Positions 31,933 to 40,792 of a stretch of DNA of 51,500 bases are shown here, piece by piece. Where the stretch lies: the IMG/VR virus record IMGVR_UViG_3300021446_000092, positions 1 through 51,500 of that record; one strand, written 5' to 3'. The stretch is from a virus. Both the position numbers and the translations under genes were made by a program. The notes under the pieces are model-generated. The model had not been told where the DNA came from, made no database searches, and worked only from the letters and a program-made list of their open reading frames with translations. Numbering within the stretch: the first letter of the stretch is position 1; every line of letters starts with the position of its first letter.

Positions 31933-34124
31933 CAGTCCCAGTCCACCCCCGAGGAAGCCGCCCGGACGAAGGTATGGCGCTCGTTCGGGTGGACGGCGTG
32001 GCGGCGGAAGTCCAGATTCTCGAAGTATTCCTCCGTCACGTCCCGCTCGTAGGCGACAAGCCGCTCCATCTCCACCGGATCCCCGCCGAAGTCCGGGTTC
32101 GTCCGGGCTTTCAGTTCCTCGCACGCCTCCGTCGTCCGCGTGTCGTCCGGTCCCTCCCAGTAGAACACCGGGTCGTCGTCCCCGGGAAGGTCTTCGTAGC
32201 CTTCCTCCCGGGCTTCGTTCAGGACAGACGCGGTTTCCGTCCGGGCGACCGTCTCCAGCTTGTCCTCCGGGACGCCGGGCCACTCGCCCTTCATCCGGTC
32301 CACCACGGAGTCCATCGACCAGCCCTGGGGCTGAGTAAGCGCGTCCGACAGAATCTCCTTGAGCCGCTCCACGGTCCGGTCCGGGACAGACTCGATATTC
32401 TCGAACACCGCGCCGCCGTCGATGGCGTCTCCGATACGCTCCCGGACGTATTCCGGGACGGCGTCGCTCTCGGTCCAGACGCGCTTCTCTATATCGTCCA
32501 GCGACTCCGGCTGGATCTGAGTCCGGTGTGCCTCCAGAAGCGTCTCGTCCAGCTTCGCCACCTCCTGCTTCGTGAGCGCCGTCCGCTCGCCGTCCCCGCC
32601 GTCCTTATCTGCCGGGACGATAGAGTCCCCGCACCGCGGACAGCCCGCGTCCTCGGCAAGCTCTTGTTTCCCGAACCGCGCTCCCTCGTCGTTGCAGTAC
32701 AGGTCGCCATCGGGGATCCGCTGGTGGCCGTCCGCCAGCGGGTCGTCCTTCTCCAGGCTGAACGCCTCCGCTTCCGCGCCGCCGGATAGACCGAACGGGT
32801 TGCCGCCCTCGCCCGCGGGTCCTTGGTCGTCCGGCGCTTCGACCGGGCCGTCCTCTATCTCCAGCCGGCCGTCGTGGAGCGCCACGTCGCGGCCGAGGTT
32901 GTCCCACGACTCCGCGGCGGCCGCAAGCTGGTCCTGGTACTGGGCCTCGCTCTGTTTCTCCTCGGTCGATGTGACCGTCTCGAACTCGAATTTCAGGTCC
33001 TCGCTGATGTCCGGCCACACCAGTTGACGGTTTATCGCTTCCTCCATCTGCCGGAGCAGGACGTGGAAGCCGCGCTGTTTGTACGCCTCCGTCTGCGCCG
33101 TGTTCTGCGCCTTGTTACCCTCTTGGAAGTCGAACCCGGCGTAGGGGGCGTTCACCTTGAACACCGCGCCGAGGGACTGAATCCAGAGCTTGTTCCGCTC
33201 CATGAACTGTAGCTCCTGATACCCCGGATCCAGCGGCGTGAACTGCCAGTCGCCCATCGAGACGATGGCGCGGTGACGCTCCCCCTCCTTGAGTTTCCAG
33301 TTGCTCTTGACCTTCTCGTAGGAGTCCACCGCCATCGGCGTATCTTCATCCTCCTTGACGGAGACGATACCCGGCGGCATCCCCTCTTTCAGGTCCTTCT
33401 TCTCCTTCTCCCCCAGTTCCTCCAGTACCTCGATAACGTCCGACCCCTTCTCGACCGCGCCCATCCCGTACACGTGGTCCTCGCGGCTGGACCACTCGAA
33501 CCAGACGATTTCTTCAAGGTCGTACCGCTGGCTGACAGCGCGTTCCGAGAAGGAAACCTCGATGTACTGCTCCGTCATCCCGTGGTCGTCCACAATCTTG
33601 TAGAGCCGCGAGGAGTCCACGGGGACCGCTTCCGCCAGTCCGCCGTCTGGGTAGTAGTGCTTCACCCACGCCCCGTCACCGAGCTTGAGCGTGTTCTTCG
33701 CCGCCATTTCCCGAAGGTCGCGGAACGACTTCTCGGGGTTTAGCTGTTCCAGCTTCCGCTCCGCATCTGCGATAGCGTCCGCGTCTACCTCCGTCCGCTC
33801 ATCCCGCGGTTTGAGCGACCACGGCGCGGTCGCCGCGTCCTGCGCCATCGTGTCGATGTACGCCTGCACGACCCAGTTCTCCGACAGTTCCTTCAGCCAG
33901 CCGGCGTCGTAAGGCTTCATCGCTCCCTCGCGGTTACGGACGCTCCGGGCGAGCTTCGGCGGGAGAGATGTTTTACGGTCCGGTTCCTGCTTCGAAACCG
34001 TCCCCTTATTGACCACCTCCCCGCCGCCTGGGCGGGACTCTTGGGGCGAGTGCCCCTCAACGTATTCCTGGTCGGAGCCGTCGCCCGTGGTGATGAAATC
34101 GCGGAGGCGCTCGAAACCGGACAT
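31932..34124 (-). CDS. Portal protein fused to MuF/SPP1 gp7-like head morphogenesis domain
   Basis: 730 aa. The N-terminal ~450 aa are portal-like. A central CNDEG...CPRCGD zinc ribbon follows. The C-terminus VARTETASVLNEAREEGY...FYWEGPDDTRTTEACEEL is MuF-like. Confidence 0.9.
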   Translation of the reverse strand: MSGFERLRDFITTGDGSDQEYVEGHSPQESRPGGGEVVNKGTVSKQEPDRKTSLPPKLARSVRNREGAMKPYDAGWLKELSENWVVQAYIDTMAQDAATAPWSLKPRDERTEVDADAIADAERKLEQLNPEKSFRDLREMAAKNTLKLGDGAWVKHYYPDGGLAEAVPVDSSRLYKIVDDHGMTEQYIEVSFSERAVSQRYDLEEIVWFEWSSREDHVYGMGAVEKGSDVIEVLEELGEKEKKDLKEGMPPGIVSVKEDEDTPMAVDSYEKVKSNWKLKEGERHRAIVSMGDWQFTPLDPGYQELQFMERNKLWIQSLGAVFKVNAPYAGFDFQEGNKAQNTAQTEAYKQRGFHVLLRQMEEAINRQLVWPDISEDLKFEFETVTSTEEKQSEAQYQDQLAAAAESWDNLGRDVALHDGRLEIEDGPVEAPDDQGPAGEGGNPFGLSGGAEAEAFSLEKDDPLADGHQRIPDGDLYCNDEGARFGKQELAEDAGCPRCGDSIVPADKDGGDGERTALTKQEVAKLDETLLEAHRTQIQPESLDDIEKRVWTESDAVPEYVRERIGDAIDGGAVFENIESVPDRTVERLKEILSDALTQPQGWSMDSVVDRMKGEWPGVPEDKLETVARTETASVLNEAREEGYEDLPGDDDPVFYWEGPDDTRTTEACEELKARTNPDFGGDPVEMERLVAYERDVTEEYFENLDFRRHAVHPNERHTFVRAASSGVDWD

Positions 34125-34190
34125 CTGTTGTCCGCAATATCTTGCTGGCAGAGTAAAGGTGTTCCCCCTCGCAGGGAGCCTCAGCGGGGG

Positions 34191-34544
34191 TTACGGCTCT
34201 TGGACCGGAAACTCCCCAGACCAGATCTGCTTTTCATCACTCCCGTCGTCGTCGACGACCAGCCGTTGCCACAGCGTCTCCCCGCCGAGGTCCGAGGTAA
34301 CGTCCTGAGCGATATGAACGTTGACGCGGCCCGCCGCCGCGTCTACGACCGTCACATCTACCCCCGTGGAACTGTCCGAAAGCGTCGCCCGGCTCCCGTC
34401 CGCGCCGCGGCGCGGGAGCAGGTACCACTCCACCGTCGAGTTGTCAAGCGGCTTCGCCGTCCCGTCCGCCTGCTCGATGGTAAACTCCCACGTTACGTTC
34501 TCCCCAGCGACGTAATCACGGAACGGCTCAATGGAGTGCGTCAC
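34191..34544 (-). CDS. Hypothetical beta-rich protein (117 aa)
   Basis: ATGA-coupled to the upstream repeat protein. Confidence 0.75.
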   Translation of the reverse strand: MTHSIEPFRDYVAGENVTWEFTIEQADGTAKPLDNSTVEWYLLPRRGADGSRATLSDSSTGVDVTVVDAAAGRVNVHIAQDVTSDLGGETLWQRLVVDDDGSDEKQIWSGEFPVQEP

Positions 34545-36379
34545 GCCGAATCCTCCTCGTTCATGGTCCGCTCAACGGAGCCGTCCCACGTAAGCGTTCG
34601 TACGGTGAACGGGGCAGAGACGAGCGCCCGGGGGAGGTTCGACCGCGCTACCGCCAGCGTCCGGGCCGGCGTTGCCGCCGCCGAGACGCCGCGGCTGACC
34701 GCCGGGTCGGCCACGAGGACTCGGGCGATGCTGTAGGCGAGCGGCGCGGACCCGCTCCCCTCCCCAACGCCAGCCGCGTTCAAGCCGGCAGTCCGGGATA
34801 CCCTGGCCGCGCCGGATCCGGTAGCCGTCCCGGTGGCGTCGAAGGGGCGCGAACGGACGGGCGTCGCCGTCCCGACCGCCGCGCCGCTCCCCGTAGCGGT
34901 CAGCGGGCGATAGCGGTCCAGCGCCGCCGCCCCGGCCGCGGCCGAGATCCCCGCGCCCAAGAGCGTCCGACTGCGGAATAGCCCCGCCGCGCCGTCACCC
35001 GCCGCAACGCCGCCGCCGGACAAGGCGCGCTCCCGGCGGGGTTGAGCCGCCCCGCTCCCGACGCCGCTCCCCGCGGCGCTCAGGCCGCGGGTGAACAGTA
35101 TGACAGCGTCGCCAGTCGCCGTCCCGGCCCCGGCCGCCGTAAGGGGGCGGGCAACTACGACGGCCGCGGAGCCGACGCCTGTGCCGGCCCCACTCCCGGC
35201 GAGCGGGCGGACTCTGGTCACGTCCGCCGCGCCAGTTCCTATCCCGTCACCCCCCGCGTCGAGTGCCCGCGGCCGGAGTAGCGCCGCCGTCCCACTTCCC
35301 GCGCCGGAGCCAGCGGCGGTGACAAAGCGTGGGCGGGTCACGACGGCCGTCCCGTCGCCGGCCGCCGTGCCGCTCCCGGCGAGGAGGCGGGCCAGCGTTA
35401 CGAGCGCCGTTCCCGACCCGGAGCCAGCGCCGGCCGCTGTGAGGGTGCGAACTGCGGAGGCAGTTGCCGCCCCCGCGCCCGTCCCGACTCCGCTCGCGCT
35501 CGTGAAGCGCGGACGGAGGATAGCCGCCGCTCCAGCGCCCGCGCCGCTCCCGGACCCGGCCAGCCCGCGCGTGAGGGTGGCCTGCGCGCCACCTGCGCCG
35601 TTCCCCGCGCCGCTCCCCGTGACGGACCGCTGGCGGAGCGCATCCGCTGTCCCATCCGCTCTCCCGCTCCCCGCGGCCGTCAGCAGGCTGGCGCGTGTGA
35701 GAGCGGCGGACCCGCTCCCGACGCCGCTCCCCGTAGCGGTGAGGGAGACGGCGGCCGACCCGAGGAAGTCGCCGCCGAGCGCATCCCAGTAGCCTACATC
35801 GCCGACAGATCCCGAATAGAGGCCAATACCGCTCCCGGTCCACGGTGTATCCGAGTCGCTGGCGCTGAGAGTCCCAATCTGGTCGCCGGTATCGTGGTCG
35901 TAAACCGTCGCGTCGATGTTCCCGGACGAGTCCCACGTCACGGAGATCCGGGCCGGGTTTCCGCGGATGTCCGCCGAGAGGGTGACGCTGTCTAGGAGCG
36001 TCCGAGAGCCGGCGTCATGGCGGTATATGCGGGCCTCGTTGATCTTGTTCGAGCCGTCGTGGGGATGAACCGTGACGGAGTAGCCGTCGTCTGGGTTCCC
36101 CTCGCCGCCGAAAATAACGCCCGGCGAGCTAAACGTCACGACGAAGCTATTATCGTCGTACTGAGCAGTAGCGACTATCTTGATGGTGTCGCCCGGCGAC
36201 GGGTAGGCGTCCAGACCGGAGTACGACTGGTGATAGTTCGACTCGGCAGTGGAGGCAATCTTCGCCGCGTAGCTCCCATCAACGTTGTGAACCGTCGCGC
36301 GCTCCAGATCACTCGGTGTTGAATACTCGGAAAAGTCAGAGTCCTCGTACGAGTCCAGAACGTCGTAAGAGACGGGCAT
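34541..36379 (-). CDS. Lectin-like N-terminal domain + about 17 tandem 20-aa Gly/Ala repeats (612 aa)
   Basis: The N-terminus is paralogous to 13781..14554. The repeat consensus is roughly L-x-A-A-G-S-G-x-G-x-G-x-A-x-x-x-R-x-R-x. Confidence 0.85.
   Translation of the reverse strand: MPVSYDVLDSYEDSDFSEYSTPSDLERATVHNVDGSYAAKIASTAESNYHQSYSGLDAYPSPGDTIKIVATAQYDDNSFVVTFSSPGVIFGGEGNPDDGYSVTVHPHDGSNKINEARIYRHDAGSRTLLDSVTLSADIRGNPARISVTWDSSGNIDATVYDHDTGDQIGTLSASDSDTPWTGSGIGLYSGSVGDVGYWDALGGDFLGSAAVSLTATGSGVGSGSAALTRASLLTAAGSGRADGTADALRQRSVTGSGAGNGAGGAQATLTRGLAGSGSGAGAGAAAILRPRFTSASGVGTGAGAATASAVRTLTAAGAGSGSGTALVTLARLLAGSGTAAGDGTAVVTRPRFVTAAGSGAGSGTAALLRPRALDAGGDGIGTGAADVTRVRPLAGSGAGTGVGSAAVVVARPLTAAGAGTATGDAVILFTRGLSAAGSGVGSGAAQPRRERALSGGGVAAGDGAAGLFRSRTLLGAGISAAAGAAALDRYRPLTATGSGAAVGTATPVRSRPFDATGTATGSGAARVSRTAGLNAAGVGEGSGSAPLAYSIARVLVADPAVSRGVSAAATPARTLAVARSNLPRALVSAPFTVRTLTWDGSVERTMNEEDSA
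34718..35749 (-). repeat. In-frame tandem repeat region (period about 57-60 nt) inside CDS 34541..36379
   Basis: Protein residues about 211-554 parse into about 17 units such as LTAAGSGAGSGTAALLRPRA and LAGSGAGTGVGSAAVVVARP. Confidence 0.8.
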
Positions 36380-36389
36380 TTAGCCGTCT

Positions 36390-36548
36390 CTACCAGCAGA
36401 GTTCGCCTTTGTCCCCGAGGGGTTCACACCCGGAGCCAGCGTCGAGTGCGCCGGCTCCGGTGTCAGCCGCCATCGCAGGATCCACGGCGAGCAGTACGGT
36501 TAGCACGAACGCTACGACCAGCATCGAGAGGATGAGTTTCCGGTCCAT
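36390..36548 (-). CDS. Possible small secreted peptide (52 aa)
   Basis: MDRKLILSMLVVAFVLTVLLAVDPAMAADTGAG...CEPLGDKGELCW has a signal-peptide-like N-terminus and two Cys. Below the track cutoff. Confidence 0.4.
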   Translation of the reverse strand: MDRKLILSMLVVAFVLTVLLAVDPAMAADTGAGALDAGSGCEPLGDKGELCW

Positions 36549-36625
36549 TGTGGGTCACGGATACCGGCGGTGCCGGGTATCCAACCGTGTATTTGACAGG
36601 TAACGCATTAGGCTTTTTCCCCCGG

Positions 36626-37039
36626 TCAGTCCAGCGCGAAACTCAGGTCGCCCGCGGAGAACACGGCCTTGTCGCCGGAGTTGATAGCCTTCTGCGTGTC
36701 TACGGCGTATGCCGCGAGTGCCGTCTCTCCGGTCGCTCCCTGCGTGTCGTCCCAGAGCGCGACGTGGGTGACGGTCCCCCAGTCGTTCGTCGCCTCCCCG
36801 AAGTCTACGTCGGCCGCGTTCTGAAAGTCGTTCTCATTCGGGGTATCCCACCCGGACCCGGCGGCGACGCTGACGCGGGAGTAGTCCGCGGCGCTGACCT
36901 CGGTACTCCCGTCAGGCGACTCCCCGGGATCTGCCGTGTGAAGGCCGACGTAGAGCGGGTCGGGGGGCGTGTCGGGGGCGACCCCCTGACTTATCCAGTC
37001 CCGGATCTCCGTTTCGCTGTAGTTCGTCAGGTCGGACAT
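36626..37039 (-). CDS. Conserved-looking phage structural-type protein of unknown function (137 aa)
   Basis: LYVGLHTADPGESPDGSTEVSAADYSRV...NAADVDFGEATNDWGTVTHVALWD, a pattern I associate with phage virion proteins. No firm family call. Confidence 0.8.
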   Translation of the reverse strand: MSDLTNYSETEIRDWISQGVAPDTPPDPLYVGLHTADPGESPDGSTEVSAADYSRVSVAAGSGWDTPNENDFQNAADVDFGEATNDWGTVTHVALWDDTQGATGETALAAYAVDTQKAINSGDKAVFSAGDLSFALD

Positions 37040-37085
37040 ACGACAGCGTTCTGGTTCCAGCGTCTTAACCGTTCGCGTGGAGCCG

Positions 37086-38783
37086 CTACGACGTGAAGAC
37101 AGCCGGCCCGGTGTCCGTGCTGGAACCGCGCCGGTCCGAATGGGCCATATACCGCATAGCGTCCATCCCGTGATTATCGTGGTCCTGCGGCTCCTCGCTC
37201 TCGTCGTCTTTCCAAGCGTAGCCCCGCATCTCCGAGAGCGTGGAGCCGGGGCGGTCCCGGTTTGAGAGCCGGGAGTCTATCTGGTGAGCGCGAGCGCCGC
37301 GGATGAAGTACAGTCCGGCGCGGTCGTGTTCGTCCGGGCGGAGTAGCCGCGTCACCGTTTTGATACCGGCGCTCACGTCCTTCCGCGCCTTCGTCGTCCG
37401 GAGCCGTCGCCAGTTCGGCGGGTCCGAGTGGCCGGCGTACTCCTCGGCTACGGCGTCCCGCGCTCCCTCCAGCCAGTCCGCCCGGTCGCCGGTGTCGTGG
37501 TCCGCGTAGACCGCCTGCACGTTCCGTAGTTCCTGCTCGCTCATCAGGCCGACCGCTTCCCGGACAGCGTCGTCCGGGAGGGTCCGGGTTTTCATCCACT
37601 CGCGGTACAGGACGTGGCCGTGCGTCTCCGTCTTGGCCCACCATTGGATCACCAGCGGGTCCGGACGGTATCCCCAGTCCACGCTCATCACGACGGGTGT
37701 TCCGTCCGGCGGGTAGAGCCGGGCCGGGACGTACTCCCCCCGGGTGTTCGGGTCCCCGACCGGCGTGGAACGCGCCGCCTCCATCTCCCGCATATCTGCC
37801 TCGGCGCTGTCCGGGAGCGTCCAGTCTCCGGGGAGAAGATCCGGAACGTCCAGCGGGTCCAGAACGTGCAGGTTGTCGCTGAAGTCGGAGTAGACGAGGC
37901 CCTGATAGCCGCGCCACTCGCCGCCGATGTAGCGGTCCGCGTCCGTCCCGGAAAACTGCGACTCCAGACGCTCCATGTAGTCGTCCGGGTTATGGATGTT
38001 GTCCTCCGCTGTCCCCTCGTACACCTCGCCAACGCCCTGCTCGTAGAACCGCTTGTACATCCAATGCGTCGGTCCGGCGGGGTTCGTGGCCGAGAAGATT
38101 TGCCGGACGGGAAGCTCCGGGACCCACGGGTTCCCCAGGTCCGAGAGGCGGAGGCGGCCCTGAAGCATCTCCCAGTCCTTCTCCGTTATCTCGATGCCCT
38201 CGTCCACCCCCACGAACCCGAGGTTCATCCCGGCTATCTTCTCCGGCATCTCGCCCGGGCGGGAGCCGGTGTTCAGCCCCTCGTAGTACAGTTCCGACGC
38301 CGGTGTGAACGCCACGGCCCCGCGGCTCTTACACTCCGGACAGCCCCAGTTCTCAGACTCCCGGAGCTTCTGCCGCTTCTTGACCGGGAACATCTTGGTC
38401 GAGGTCCAGCCGCAGTCCCGGCAGTACACGGTCGGGTAGAACGGACTCTGGACGAGGATCCGGTGTTGGCTCTGGTTGTGACCGACGATGTGAGACTCCG
38501 GGATAACCTCCGTCAGCAGGGTCTTGAGCGTCGTGTTCCGGATGGACGAGAACGTCTTTCGGGCGAGTAGCCCGACGTTCCCCGGATAGAGGGACAGCAT
38601 CAGGTAGACCTTCTCGTCCAAGGCGCGGGTCTTCCCCGCGCCGAACGCGCCCGACCCCAGGACTTCCTCCGCCTGCGAGTGGATGAACCCCTCCTGCCAC
38701 TCCAGCGGCTTGAACCCCCAGAGCGTCGTCCCGCCAGCCGAGGCGTCCGGCGGCGGATCCTCCGGCAGGTCGGCGCTACTCAT
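37086..38783 (-). CDS. terL: Terminase large subunit
   Basis: Walker A GSGAFGAGKT, Walker B LGFVGVDEG, and a C-terminal nuclease-like region ending HDNHGMDAMRY. A zinc ribbon is inserted between the Walker motifs. Confidence 0.95.
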   Translation of the reverse strand: MSSADLPEDPPPDASAGGTTLWGFKPLEWQEGFIHSQAEEVLGSGAFGAGKTRALDEKVYLMLSLYPGNVGLLARKTFSSIRNTTLKTLLTEVIPESHIVGHNQSQHRILVQSPFYPTVYCRDCGWTSTKMFPVKKRQKLRESENWGCPECKSRGAVAFTPASELYYEGLNTGSRPGEMPEKIAGMNLGFVGVDEGIEITEKDWEMLQGRLRLSDLGNPWVPELPVRQIFSATNPAGPTHWMYKRFYEQGVGEVYEGTAEDNIHNPDDYMERLESQFSGTDADRYIGGEWRGYQGLVYSDFSDNLHVLDPLDVPDLLPGDWTLPDSAEADMREMEAARSTPVGDPNTRGEYVPARLYPPDGTPVVMSVDWGYRPDPLVIQWWAKTETHGHVLYREWMKTRTLPDDAVREAVGLMSEQELRNVQAVYADHDTGDRADWLEGARDAVAEEYAGHSDPPNWRRLRTTKARKDVSAGIKTVTRLLRPDEHDRAGLYFIRGARAHQIDSRLSNRDRPGSTLSEMRGYAWKDDESEEPQDHDNHGMDAMRYMAHSDRRGSSTDTGPAVFTS

Positions 38784-39168
38784 CCCCGCTCTCGTCGTCC
38801 CACTCTACCGCTCCCTGGGCGTCCGCCGCCGCCGCGGCTACCTCCGGCGGAACGTCCTCGGGAGCGGGCTGGTTCTCCGCTTGGGCGCGGGACCGCGCCG
38901 CGCCGCGGCAGTCCGGACACCGCTTCTGGGCGGACAGGTCGGACCCGAACGTCAGCCGGTTACACGCCTTGCAGAACTGCGCCCGCGGGTGAGGCGCGAC
39001 GCCGATTTCCGCCGGGTCCGTGTAGCGGGTCAGCGGCTCCGCGCAGTCCGGGCAGACGTAGACCCGGCGGCCGTCCGACGCGAACGCCCATCCCCAGGCA
39101 TCCCCGCCGCACCCAGCGCACTTGGTGTCAATGTCCTCTTGGTATCCGAGGTCCATACACGTCCTCAC
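38776..39168 (-). CDS. Multi-CxxC zinc-finger protein (130 aa; alternative start at 39156)
   Basis: CAGCGG...CPDC...CKAC...CPDC. Overlaps the terL start by 8 nt. A small-terminase role is possible but unsupported. Confidence 0.7.
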   Translation of the reverse strand: MRTCMDLGYQEDIDTKCAGCGGDAWGWAFASDGRRVYVCPDCAEPLTRYTDPAEIGVAPHPRAQFCKACNRLTFGSDLSAQKRCPDCRGAARSRAQAENQPAPEDVPPEVAAAAADAQGAVEWDDESGDE

Positions 39169-39274
39169 GGGCAGGAGCGGGAAAGAAGTACCGGGGCCGG
39201 AGTCTTGTACGCCGCGCGGGATACTCCCCAGGGGTTTTCGCTCAGACCCGGGGGAGTATTTCGTGGGGAGCGAA

Positions 39275-40012
39275 CTACTCCGCCGCCCGGCGCTGTTCGT
39301 ATAGCTCCGCCGGGGTGGTGTCCGTCCGGCGGGCGACGTTGGCGCGGACAGCCTGCCCCGACAGGCCGTAGACCTCGCCCACCGTAGACGGCGGGTGGTA
39401 CTGGAGCAGGCGGGCCATCGTCTCGGCCATCACGTTCTGCCCCGCTTGCCGGCGCTCCTCGGCGGACACACCGAGCGAGGACGAGATCCGGCCCACGGAG
39501 TCCGGCGCTTTGAACCCCAGCCGCTCGGCCATCTTCGCGCCGCTCAGGCCGTGCCAGTAACACCGGAGCATCACCGAGCGGCGCTTCTCCAGAAGGCGGG
39601 CCTTCGCCCGGTAGCGCCATTGCTTCCGGCAGTCCTCCGCGTGCTGGTGTTCTCCCTGCGAGACAGGCGTCCCGCCGACCAGTTCCTCCCGGACCATCAG
39701 CGCCCCGCACTTACACTCAGCGTACACGTCAGAGTACACTTCGCGGCCCGGGTAGTGCGGGTTGACGTAGCGCGCGCCGCCGCTCCCGGCGGAGTAGACC
39801 GGCGGGATTTTCCAGGATCCCATCAGGGTTATCATGCCCTCCGAGACGGTCCGTGCCCGGCGGGCGTCCATGAAGTCCTTCGGCTTGAACGTCGCCGCCG
39901 TCTCCGGAAGCGCGTCGATACCCTGCCGGAGCTTCACCGCCGTCTCCGCCCGGTCGTACCGCTGGTGTTCAGTCGGCAGGAGGAAGTCGTGAACGTCGCC
40001 CCGGACGTTCAT
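39275..40012 (-). CDS. HTH DNA-binding protein (245 aa), possible small terminase or regulator
   Basis: ATG 40012 is ATGA-coupled. Sigma-region-4-like segments RRSVMLRCYWHGLSGAKMAERLG and VGEVYGLSGQAVRANVAR. Confidence 0.75.
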   Translation of the reverse strand: MNVRGDVHDFLLPTEHQRYDRAETAVKLRQGIDALPETAATFKPKDFMDARRARTVSEGMITLMGSWKIPPVYSAGSGGARYVNPHYPGREVYSDVYAECKCGALMVREELVGGTPVSQGEHQHAEDCRKQWRYRAKARLLEKRRSVMLRCYWHGLSGAKMAERLGFKAPDSVGRISSSLGVSAEERRQAGQNVMAETMARLLQYHPPSTVGEVYGLSGQAVRANVARRTDTTPAELYEQRRAAE

Positions 40013-40242
40013 GTCTCCACCTCCCCATCCGCGGCGCGCCTCCGGCACCACCAGCAGACGTAGCGGCCCTTTGTCCCCAGGTCCCGGTACTCCGTCCGCG
40101 GCCGGCCGCAGTCCGGACAGGGGGCGAGGAGCGTGTGGTACTCCATATCGTTCATCAGGACGCGGCCGTACTCCTTCGTCCACTCGTACTCTGGGGCGGC
40201 GCACTTGTAGCAGTCGCAGGGCACCGGAGCGGAGGCGGCCAT
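40009..40242 (-). CDS. Zinc-ribbon protein (77 aa)
   Basis: CDCYKC...CPDCG...CWWC. TGATG-coupled to the methyltransferase gene. Confidence 0.65.
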   Translation of the reverse strand: MAASAPVPCDCYKCAAPEYEWTKEYGRVLMNDMEYHTLLAPCPDCGRPRTEYRDLGTKGRYVCWWCRRRAADGEVET

Positions 40243-40742
40243 CACAGGTCTGCCCCCGTCAGGACGGTTCCCATTTCGTCCAGCGCGTCGAAGTACGCCG
40301 GGGGGAAGTCGCCATACGAGGCGATTCCAGACGGGAACGTGGCGTTGTTCTCCCCGCCGATGAACGAGACGCGGCCGCGGATGAGCGTCAGGTAGTCCGC
40401 CTTCGCGTAGTAGTCCTGAAACCAGCCCGTGTCCGCTGATACCGGGATGAGCGCGGTAAGGGTGTCCGCCCGGCCGCTGTCGTACTCGTTGAACGCCTTG
40501 CGCGCCCAGCGCGGGTTCTCGGTCCGGCCGTAGGGAGGGTTCAGCCACACGTCGCCGTACCACGCCAGCGCCAGCCCGTCGTCCGCCTTGGTGTAGCGGT
40601 CCTCGGCGTATGGCTCCGGCTCCGCGCCCGCCGCCGGATCCAAGTCAAAGCCCCCGACGGCGTCCGCCAGCGGCCGGACGTACTCGGGTGGCGTCCCCCA
40701 CTCCACGCCCGCGTCGGACTCGTCGTAGTGGCCGTCACTCAT
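40242..40742 (-). CDS. DNA N6-adenine methyltransferase (phage Dam-like)
   Basis: 166 aa. Catalytic NPPYG motif (WLNPPYGR) and an overall layout like small phage Dam enzymes. Confidence 0.85.
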   Translation of the reverse strand: MSDGHYDESDAGVEWGTPPEYVRPLADAVGGFDLDPAAGAEPEPYAEDRYTKADDGLALAWYGDVWLNPPYGRTENPRWARKAFNEYDSGRADTLTALIPVSADTGWFQDYYAKADYLTLIRGRVSFIGGENNATFPSGIASYGDFPPAYFDALDEMGTVLTGADL

Positions 40743-40792
40743 CCGTTACCTCCTGGGCGCACTCCGGATAGGTGACGGATCCGGTGCCGGTG

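Noticed and set aside
40152-40158. Other CUGAUGA occurrences: minus strand at 37541-37547, 40152-40158, 42272-42278 and 50401-50407; plus strand at 48124-48130.
   Set aside because: All lie inside coding sequence or at stop/start junctions. None is followed by a stem II hairpin plus GAAA or flanked by stems I and III.
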